Assembly: GCA_963823035.1 (NCBI GenBank)
Contig: CAWGKG010000020.1
Span: forward strand, 64,001-128,000
Origin: an uncultured Gemmatimonadales bacterium
Lineage (GTDB): Bacteria > Gemmatimonadota > Gemmatimonadetes > Longimicrobiales > Gaopeijiaceae
Length of the DNA stretch: 64,000 nt
Reading direction: 5' to 3'
Shown here one piece after another: positions 54,368 through 62,957 of the stretch. Position numbers and translations under genes: made by a program. The first letter of the stretch is position 1; each line of letters opens with the position of its first letter. The notes below the pieces were generated by a model that worked only from the letters and a program-made list of their open reading frames with translations, was not told the origin of the DNA and made no database searches.

Positions 54368-57105
54368 TCACTCGGACTGGAGCGCCTCCCGCGGATCCAC
54401 GCGGGTGGCCCGCCAGGCCGGCAGCGAGCCCGCGAACCCGGCCGTGACGAGGAGCACCGTGGCCACGGCGACGTAGACGGCCGGGTCGCGCGCGGGCTCG
54501 TGGAAGAGGAGCGGCTCCACGAAGCCCGCCCCGGCGGCGGCCGCCGCGAGCCCCAGGAGCGTGCCCAGGGCGACGAGTCCGAGCGCACGCCCGAGCACGT
54601 CCGCCACCAGGCGCGCGCGTCCCGCCCCGAGCGCCGAGCGGATGCCGAACTCCCGCTTGAGGAGCACGACCTCGAAGGCGAGCACGCTGTAGAGCCCCCA
54701 CGCCGCCACGACCAGCGCGAGCAGGCCGAAGACCGAGAACATCGAGGCTCCCAGCTTCCACGAGCGGAGCTGGGGGTCGACGTTGTCCTGGAGCGAGCGG
54801 GCGGAGAGGAAGCGGATCCGGCTCGTGCGCCAGCGTGGCCAGCTCCGCGCGCAGGGAGCGCATCGCATCCTCGCGCGCGTCGCCCGTCGTTCCGGCCATG
54901 ATGCCCTGCGGGGGTCCGCTGGAACGCCGGCTGGGACTCGTTGACGTAGTAGAGCCAATGCGGCACCGACTCCTCGAGCTCCTCGCGTCGATGGTCCTCG
55001 ACGATGCCGACCACCGTCGTGCACGGCGGGTCGGCCACGTCCTCCTCGAAGTACATGCACGACCCGAGCGCGTCGCCCGTCGGCCAGATACCGACCGCCA
55101 TCGATCGGCTCACCACGGCTACGGGAGGTGCGGTCTCCGCGTCGTCCGACGCCTCGAAGGCGCGCCCCTCGACGATGTCCAGCCCCATCGCCTGGAAGAA
55201 GCCCGAGGAGACCTTGTTGGCGTAGGGCCCGCCGGACGGCGGCAGCCGCATGGAGTCGACGCCGGGCACGCGGGGACGCCCGATGGAGACGCTGGACTGG
55301 AAGGGCACGGTGTACGTGAGCCCGGCCGCGCGGACGCCCTGGAGCGCGGCGCACGCGCTCCAGCGCCCTCCTTGTAGATCGCGGTCCGCTCCGGCGCGGG
55401 TAGCGCCTCGTTCCATTCGAAGCGCAGCACCGCGACGCGCGAGGGATCCCAGCCGAGGTCCAGCGTGCGCGCGCGGCCCAGGCTGCGCACGAAGAGCCCC
55501 GCGCCCACCAGGAGCACCACGGAGAGGGCCGCCTGGGCGACGAGGAGCGTCGACGCGCGTCCGCGACCGCGCCGCGCCCGCTGCCGGGCCCCCCGCTCTT
55601 CAGCACGGCGGCCACGTCGGCGCGCCCGGCGTGCAGCGCGGGCACGAGGCCCGCGAAGAGCGCCGTGAGCACCGTCGCGATCGCGAGGAACGCGAGCAGG
55701 CGCGGGCCGGGTCCGCGCTGCCGGTGAACGCCACGTCCGGGAGGAGGACACGGTACAGCGCGCGGCCGCCCGCCTGCGCCACCACGAGCGCGGCAGCCGC
55801 CCCGAAGACCGCGAGGACGAGGCTCTCCGTGAGCAGCTCCGCCGAGGAGCCGCGCGCGGCTCACGCCCAGCGCGACCCGCACCGCGATCTCGCGCCTCGC
55901 GCGTGCGGCGCGCGCCAGCAGGAGGTTCGCCACGTTGAAGCAGGCGATGAGGAGCACGATCGCCGACACCGCCGCGAGCCAGCGCGCCACGCGGGACTCC
56001 GCCGAGGGGTCGGGGCCCTGAGCGGCGATGATCGGCGCGACCAGGATTTCGGCGTCCTCCGAGTAGCTGGCCCTGGGCGATGAGCTCCTGGCGTCCCGCG
56101 CGGTGGGCGGCGGTCGCCTCCGCCTGCGCAGCCTCCGCGGACGCGCCGGGCGCGAGGCGGGCGACGGTGTGCAGCCACCACCAGTTCCGCTCGTTGCGCC
56201 ACTGCGTTCCGCCTGTCTCGATCTCCTCGGCGCGCTCGAGGGGGAGCCAGAGGTCCACGCGGGAGAGCGTGGGCCCGGTGAACCCTTCGGGGGCGACGCC
56301 GATGACCGTGTAGCGGCCCTGGCCCACGTCGACGGCCCGGCCGAGCACGCCCGGGTCCTTCCCGTACTGCGTCTCCCAGAACTCCCAGGAGAGCACGGCC
56401 ACCTCGTTCGCGCCGGGTGCGTCCTCCTCGGCCGTGTAGAAGCGGCCGAGCGCCGGTGCGCACGCCCAGGAGGGGGAAGAGCGACGCGGACGCCATCTGG
56501 ACGGTCACCTCGCGTGCCTCCTGGCCGCGCCCGAACATGGCGCGGTCCTCGCTGTAGGCCGCGACCTCCGCGAAGCCGGAGACGTGCCGGAAGTCGTCGT
56601 AGTCCGGGTACGTCAGCGTGCGCCCCGTCTCGACGTTCCCCGAGCCCAGGTAGGTGCGCCGCAGGTACAGGAGCCGGACGTCCCGGGCGTCCACGACGTG
56701 CGCGGGCGGGCTCAGGAGGAGCCGGTCCACCACCTCGAACATCACCGCGTTCGCCCCGAGCCCCAGCGCCAGGATCGTGATCACGGCGAAGGAGAAGCCA
56801 GGTGCGCGGCGGATGCCGCGCAGCGCCATCGTCACGCTCTTCCACATCGTGTCCATCGTCGCGCTCCTCGTCCTCTGCCTCACCACCCTGTCGTCGATGT
56901 GCTCCAGCGCCCTCCGGTAGGCCGCCATGTCGCCGAAGCGGGCGCGCGCCAGGCGTCGCGCCTCCGCGGGATCGACGCCCGCCGCGACCAGCTCCTCCAT
57001 CACCCGCTCCACGTGGTAGCGGAGCTCCTCGTCCACGTCGCTGCGCACGTCCGGTCGGAGATCGCCCAATCGGAACAGGCGCCGGATCCCCTCGGGCAGC
57101 CTCAC
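54368..57105 (-). CDS. ADOP-like orphan permease #5, prefix type B; multiple frameshifts
   Basis: VRSDVDEELRYHVER...AEARRLARARFGD prefix, [49 protein letters not shown]. Confidence 0.88.
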
Positions 57106-57106
57106 G

Positions 57107-57466
57107 TCACCCCCGCCCGTCGCCGCCGGCGACCGGGCCGGTCGCCAGCACCTTGAAGACGGCGGCCGCGTAGCGGGACCACTCGCGGCTGGCGTCGGCG
57201 AGGCGGCGCTCCCCCTCGGGCGTGAGGGCGTAGTACTTCGCCCGGCGGTTGTTCTCCGAGGTGCCCCACGTCGACTCGAGCCAGCCGCGCCGCTGCATCC
57301 TGTGCAGCGAGGTATAGAGCGCGCCGTCCTCGATCTCGAGCGTGCCGTCGGTGGTACGGTGGATCCACTCGGCCACGGCGTAGCCGTGGCGGGGCTCGGC
57401 CTGGAGCGCCTGGAGGACCAGCACGTCCAACGTGCCCTGGAGCAGGCTCATCTGCCTCGGTGACAC
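57107..57466 (-). CDS. PadR-family regulator #5 (acidobacterial type)
   Basis: LLQGTLDVLVLQAL...HGYAVAEWI...EDGALYTSLHRM...SENNRRAKYY; GGGAGG RBS before GTG. Confidence 0.92.
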   Translation of the reverse strand: MSPRQMSLLQGTLDVLVLQALQAEPRHGYAVAEWIHRTTDGTLEIEDGALYTSLHRMQRRGWLESTWGTSENNRRAKYYALTPEGERRLADASREWSRYAAAVFKVLATGPVAGGDGRG

Positions 57467-57494
57467 CGGCACCTCCCTTTCGCGAGCCGATAGA

Positions 57495-57580
57495 TCCCTG
57501 AAACGTTCATGGAAAGAACTCCGAGAGAGCCCCGTCCTCGGGGAGAGGACGGGGCTCTCCTCCATGAATTGTTCATGGGA
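57495..57580. promoter_or_regulatory. Two TCC(A/C)TGAA-N3-TTCATGG palindromes flanking a perfect 15-bp hairpin
   Basis: tccctgaaacgttcatgga (57495-57513); gagagccccgtcctc-gggga-gaggacggggctctc (57525-57559); tccatgaattgttcatggga (57561-57580). Confidence 0.7.
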
Positions 57581-57643
57581 ACCTAGGGAGGCGACCCGAG
57601 CGGGGTCAAGAGACCTCGGCCGTGCCGAGGTCCGCGATCCGGT

Positions 57644-58120
57644 TCAGGGAAGGCGTGCGATCAGGAAGGTGTAGGTGTCGTCGAGCGCCCAGTGCGCCGC
57701 GTCGGCACCGAGGCGATCGGCCACCGCCCGCCCGAGCGCCGCGTCGGGCGTCACGACCGAGATCCCCACCAGGCCGTGGGTCGAGGGCTCCCCCGGGAGG
57801 CCGTCGGGGAGGGACCATCGCTCCCAGTCGAGCCGGTATCCCGTGCCCTCGAACCGGAAGCCGTCCGGGAGGTAGCCCTCCAGCTCGGGAGGCACCTGCC
57901 CCGCGTATCCGTCCGCCGGCCAACGAAGCCGCTCGAGCCGGAAACGCTCGGCGGCGCGGCGCGCGGTGCCGACGGCCTCCGCGACGTCGGCCGCGTGCGC
58001 TCGGAGCATCATCTCGTGGATATCGGGATAAGCCACGCGCGCGATCGTGATCAGCGCGATCAAGGCCGTGAGGAACTCCACGACCGTGAAGCCACGGCGC
58101 CCCTCCCGGGCCGCGCTCAA
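57644..58120 (-). CDS. Type IV pilin/pseudopilin-like protein
   Basis: Prepilin motif GRRG|FTVVEFLTALIALITI; TTG start overlapping the upstream stop (TTGA). Confidence 0.75.
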   Translation of the reverse strand: MSAAREGRRGFTVVEFLTALIALITIARVAYPDIHEMMLRAHAADVAEAVGTARRAAERFRLERLRWPADGYAGQVPPELEGYLPDGFRFEGTGYRLDWERWSLPDGLPGEPSTHGLVGISVVTPDAALGRAVADRLGADAAHWALDDTYTFLIARLP

Positions 58121-58644
58121 GGCCGGCCCCCGTTCGTGGACGGCGGCAGGATCAGCCCTGCCACGCCCGCGGCGAACGTCGACGCCGGCTCCTGCGAGCG
58201 GTACCGGACAAGCACGCGGCGGCTGCGACCGCTCAGCACGTAGTCGTGGCTGTCCAGGCGCACGTACTCGACGCCCTCGAAGGGCGGGCCGGCCTCCGGA
58301 AGGACACCGGGGAGACGGCCGTGCTCGGTCCGATAGGCCTCGATCGCCTCGATCTGCAGGTAGACCCGGAATCGCACGGCCTGTGCCTCCGAGGCCAGCG
58401 GCGGCGGCTCGGGAGCGGAGATGCGCGTCCAGGCGGGAGGGAGCAGCCAGATCCAGGCGGCCGCCACCCACAATCCGATCGTCACGCCCTTCCTCAGGCG
58501 ACCTCGGCGCCTGCGTCGCTCGTCGGCCTCGCGCGCCGTGTCGGCCCGCTCCGACTGATCGCGCAACACGGCAGCGAGGGCGCGGGCGCGCTCCCGCTCC
58601 TCGCTGACACGCAGCGTCGGATCGACGTCGTCGATGTCGACCAT
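58117..58644 (-). CDS. Hypothetical single-TM protein with pseudopilin-like periplasmic helix
   Basis: TM ending LPPAW, then RVYLQIEAIEAYRTEHGRLP. Confidence 0.65.
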   Translation of the reverse strand: MVDIDDVDPTLRVSEERERARALAAVLRDQSERADTAREADERRRRRGRLRKGVTIGLWVAAAWIWLLPPAWTRISAPEPPPLASEAQAVRFRVYLQIEAIEAYRTEHGRLPGVLPEAGPPFEGVEYVRLDSHDYVLSGRSRRVLVRYRSQEPASTFAAGVAGLILPPSTNGGRP

Positions 58645-58780
58645 GGGGGGCTCGTGGGAAGGCGGGCTGGTGGCGTGGAGGGGGCGAACCGCCTGCTTCC
58701 CAATCTAGGGCAGGGGTCGTCCGCGTCCCACCATCGACTGCGCCGTCGGTCGCATTCCAACCCTCTCTGACCCCTTGTAG

Positions 58781-58794
58781 TCTTATGCATAAGA
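58781..58794. promoter_or_regulatory. Candidate PadR #6 operator
   Basis: Perfect 14-bp palindrome TCTTATGCATAAGA about 50 bp upstream of padR. Confidence 0.65.
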
Positions 58795-58843
58795 ACACTA
58801 TGCTTCGGCGGTTCGCACCCGGCCGGAAAGAGGAGTGTGCACG

Positions 58844-59186
58844 ATGGCTGAGCCGTCGCTGGAGCTGCTGAAGGGGACGCTGGACGTCCTGATCCTGAAG
58901 ACGCTGAGTGGGGGTCCGATGCACGGGTACGGCGTGTCCCGGTGGATCCGTGACGCGACGCGCGACGCCTTCCAGGTCGAGGAGGGCGCACTCTATCCGG
59001 CGCTGCGCCGGCTGGAAAAGCGCGAGCATGGTCGAAGCCGCGTGGGGCGTCACCGATACGGGGCGCGAGGCGAAGTTCTACAGCCTGACCACGGCGGGGC
59101 GCGCGGAGCTTCGCTCGAGCCTGCGCACGTGGCGGCGCTACGTGCAGGCGATGGGCCGCGTCCTGGAGTCGCCGGCCACGGGATGA
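58844..59186 (+). CDS. PadR-family regulator #6 (acidobacterial type); frameshift near 59025
   Basis: LLKGTLDVLILKTL...MHGYGVSRWI...EEGALYPALRRLE, then WGVTDTGREAKFYSLT; AGGAG RBS. Confidence 0.9.
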
Positions 59187-61847
59187 GCGGGCGGGGCGGA
59201 GGGAGGAAGCGAGGCGGGATCTTCCCCCGCTTCTCGGTCGCCGAGGACGTGGAGCGCGAGATCGGCATCCACCTGGAGATGCGCGCCGAGGAGCTGGAGG
59301 CGGAGGGGTGGGAGCCCGGCGCGGCACGGGAGGAGGCACGTCGCCTGTTCGGCGACGCACGAGACGTGGCCCGGCGCTGCCGGACCATCACGACCAGTCA
59401 CCACAGGGCGGTGAGGAGGACGAAGATGCTGGATGCGATGTGGCAGGATGTCCGCTACGCGATGCGCACGCTGCTGAGGACCCCGGGCTTCGCGGCGGTC
59501 GCGCTGGTGACGCTGGCGCTCGGGATCGGCGCGAACGCGGCGATCTTCTCGGTGGTGAACGGAATCCTCCTCCGCCCGCTGCCCTACGACCATCCCGAAC
59601 AGCTCGTCTGGATCAGCGAGATCAACACACGCGGCCGCAACATGGCCGTGGCGTGGCCGAACTTCGTGGACTGGCGGGAGCAGAGCACGAGCTTCACCGG
59701 GATCTCCCCGGTCAACGACTACACGACCACCGTGCTGGGCGGCGACGAGCCGCTGCGCGTGTCGATCGCCGTGGCGGGCGAGGACTTCTGGAAGATCTTC
59801 CCGGTACAGCCCCTGCGCGGCCGCCTGACCACGCCGGAGGACCACGTCCCCGGTTCGCAGCCGGTGGTGGTCGTGAGCCGATCCTTCTGGCAGAACGAGC
59901 TCGGCGGGCGCGACCTGGACAGCTATTCGCTCGAGGTCGAGGGCGCGCATGTGCGCGTCGTCGGGCGTGGTCCCGGACGGCTCGGTCTACCCGCGCGACG
60001 GCCAGATGTGGACGCCGGCGGAACCGCAGAACCAGTCGGACAGCCGCAGCTCGCACAACTGGAGGGTGGTCGGGCGGCTCGCTCCGGGCGCGGGGTTGGA
60101 GCGGGCACGGGACGAGATCGATGCGATCACGAAGCGCGTGGTGGCCCAGGCCACCGACGAGGACCCGGAGTACCTCGCGACCGGCGCCGCCACGGTGCCG
60201 TTGGCCGACCAGATGCTGGGCGACGTGCGCGGACCGCTCTTCCTCCTCCTCGGTGCGGCCGCGCTCGTGCTCCTGGTGGCGTGCACGAACCTGGCCAGCA
60301 CGCTCCTGGCCCGCGGCGCGGTGCGCGCCCGCGAGCTGGCCGTGCGCGCCTCCCTCGGCGCGCGCCGTGGGCGGATCGTGACGCAGCTCCTCACGGAGAG
60401 CCTCCTCCTGGCGGGGCTCGGCTCGGCGGCGGGCGTGGGCCTGGCGGCCCTGGTGGTGCGCGGCATCCGTGCCGCGGCACCCTCCTTCCTCCCGCGGGTC
60501 GACGAGGTGGGGATCGACGGGACCGTCCTGCTCTTCACGGCGGGCATCGCCGTGATCACCGCGCTCCTCTTCGGCCTCCTCCCCGCGCGGCGGCTGAGCG
60601 GCACGAGTGCCGGCGAGGCGCTGCGCTCCGGGAGCCGGGGCAACGCGGACGTGACGCGCGGCGGCATCTGGCGCTTCCTCGTCGGCACCGAGGTGGCCCT
60701 GGCCCTCGTGTTGCTGGCGGGCTCCGCGCTCCTCGTGCGCTCCTTCCGCTCCGTGATGGCGGAGGACGCGGGCTTCGACGCCTCCGACGTCGACGTGATC
60801 CCGATGTCGCTCTCCCAGATCAAGTACGCGACCGCGGAGGACGACGCGCTCTTCTACGACGGGTTCCTGGCCGAGCTGAAGGCGCTCCCCGGCGTGTCGG
60901 CCGCGGGGGTGATGAGCACGGTGCCGGTCGATGGTGGGCTTCCCAACGGGCGCATGGAGCTCGACGGGAACCTGGAGAAGCACGCGGACGGCGGGTACGT
61001 GGTGGCGAGTGCCGGGGCCTTCGAGGCGCTGGACATCCCCCTTCTGGAAGGGCGGCTCTTCGCGGCGACCGACGGCCCGGACGACCCCCACGTCGCGATC
61101 GTGAGCGAGGCCTTCGCGAAGCGCTACTGGCCGGGGGAGAGCGCGGTCGGGAAGTCGTTGACGGGCGGCGGCATGGACAACTTCTACGACCGACGGATCT
61201 TCGCGCGCGTGGTCGGCGTGGTGGGCGATGTGCGTCATCAGGGGTTGGCTCGGGAGACGTATCCCACGGCCTACTTCCCCTATACGCAGCGGCCCTTCCG
61301 CCTCCGCTATTCGGCGGCGGTGGTGGTGGAGGCCTCCAACGGTGACGCCGCGGGGCTGACGGCGGCGCTGCGGGACCGACTGCGCGTCGCGGACCCGGAC
61401 GTGCCCGTGCGCATCAGCACGCTGTCCAGCGTGGTGCGCGCGTCTGTCGGGGAGCGGCGGTTCGTGATGTTGGTGCTCGGTGGGTTCTCCCTCACCGCGC
61501 TGATCCTGGCGGGCGTGGGGATCTTCGGCGTGGTGTCCTACAGCGTGGCTCGCCGGACGCGCGAGATGGGCATCCGCATGGCGCTCGGCGCCGATCCCGG
61601 GGGCGTGCTGCGTCTGGTGATGTCGGCCGCGATGGGCATGGTGGTGCTCGGCCTCGTGGTGGGCGTCGCCGGCGCGCTCGTGCTCACGCGCGTCATGCGG
61701 AGCCTCCTCTACGAGGTGAGCCCCACCGACCCGCTGGCCCTCGTGGTGGCCACCCTCCTGCTGGCCGGCGCCGCGCTCGTGGCGAGCTGGCTGCCGGCGC
61801 GCGCCGGCACGCGCGTCGATCCCATGATCACGATGCGGTCCGAATAG
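59183..61847 (+). CDS. ADOP-like orphan permease #6, prefix type B; frameshift near 59963
   Basis: VAEDVEREIGIHLEMR...EARRLFGD prefix, [57 protein letters not shown] overlap. Confidence 0.92.
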
Positions 61848-61862
61848 CCCGGGGGGCGCCGC

Positions 61863-62409
61863 TCAACGACGGCGGTGGACCCCACCCAGCACCAGCGTCC
61901 ACGTCGAGTCGCGAACGAAGGAGCGCTCGGAGGCGTAGCGCAGCAGAAGCTCCGCCAGGATGCGGGGGTCCCCGGAGCGCACGGCGATCCCCGCCAGCTT
62001 CCCGACCTCGGGGGGTGGGTGTACGACCGTGTCGCGTGCCGGGAGCCGCGCCGGGGTCGTCGGTGGCTCCAGGGACTCGGGGGCTTCGGGCTCCTCGAGG
62101 ATCTCCCACACGCTCCAGTCGAGCGCCGTTCGAGGGGGGCCGGCGTCGGGCGCGGCGGTGAGGGCGGAGGCCAGCTCCGGCGGCAGGGCGTGCCCCCCCG
62201 GATCCGCCGGCCACGTTCCGGTGCGCTCGTGGTAGCGCTCGGCCGCCGCGCGCACGGCGTCGACGGCGTCGACGGCGGCGTCCACCTCCCGGCCGACGCG
62301 ACGCCGCTGCGATCGAGGGGTACGCGAGGGCGAGACCCACGGCGAGCACGGCGAGGAGGAGGAGGACGTCTCCGGTCGCGAGGCCCATGACGCGCCCGCG
62401 ATCGCTCAC
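61863..62409 (-). CDS. Degenerate pilin-like protein, paralog of 57644..58120; frameshift near 62290
   Basis: RGRVMG|LATGDVLLLLAVLAVGLALAYP, then AAERY...WPAD...PPEL...LDWSVW shared with the paralog. Confidence 0.6.
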
Positions 62410-62916
62410 GGCGCCCAGATCCCCAGCCACGTGCCCACCCCACGCTTCAGTCCCCGGAGCGGGATGCGCCGAATCGTAGACGAGGGCGCTCCCGTCCGCC
62501 CGTCGCGCCACCAGCTGGTACATGCGGCCGTTGGAGCGCACGAAGCGCAGCCCGGGGATGCGGACGGGGACTTCGGAGAGGGAAGTGGGCAGGCGACCCT
62601 CGCGCGCCCGGAACACGTCGATCTGCGACGCCTGCAGGTAGAGGTCGACCCGGAGTCCCCACTCGAGCTCGATGGGGGACGGAACCGGCGGCGGCGGCAC
62701 GGGGATCCACGCGGGGCGGAGCGCCGCCAGCAGCGCCGCGGCGACGAAGAGCGCCAGCGCCGTTGGGGTCTTCCAGCGCCCGCCGCGCGGGTCCGGGAAG
62801 CGGACCCGGTGCCGCTCCTCCTGGCGCTCGGCGTGCGCCAGCGCTTCGGCGAGGAGGCGGTCCCTGTCCTCGACCGGGTCGATACGGTGCACGGACACGT
62901 CCTGGGCGTCGGGCAT
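62406..62916 (-). CDS. Hypothetical single-TM protein, paralog of 58117..58644; probable frameshift near its 3' end
   Basis: TM ending RPAW, then RVDLYLQASQIDVFRAREGRLP; probable GTGA junction at 62406-62409. Confidence 0.65.
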
Positions 62917-62957
62917 CGAGGCGGCACTCTGGATGAAGTCGCCCCAAGATAAGCCGT

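Noticed and set aside
58835..61345. Apparent PadR-permease fusion (836-aa ORF)
   Set aside because: The PadR C-terminus continues in another frame (58908..59186) and ends in an ATGA overlap, as in other pairs.
61828..62916. Apparent fusion of the two pilin-cassette genes
   Set aside because: The paralogous cassette has two genes, and a GTGA junction exists at 62406-62409; probable frameshift.
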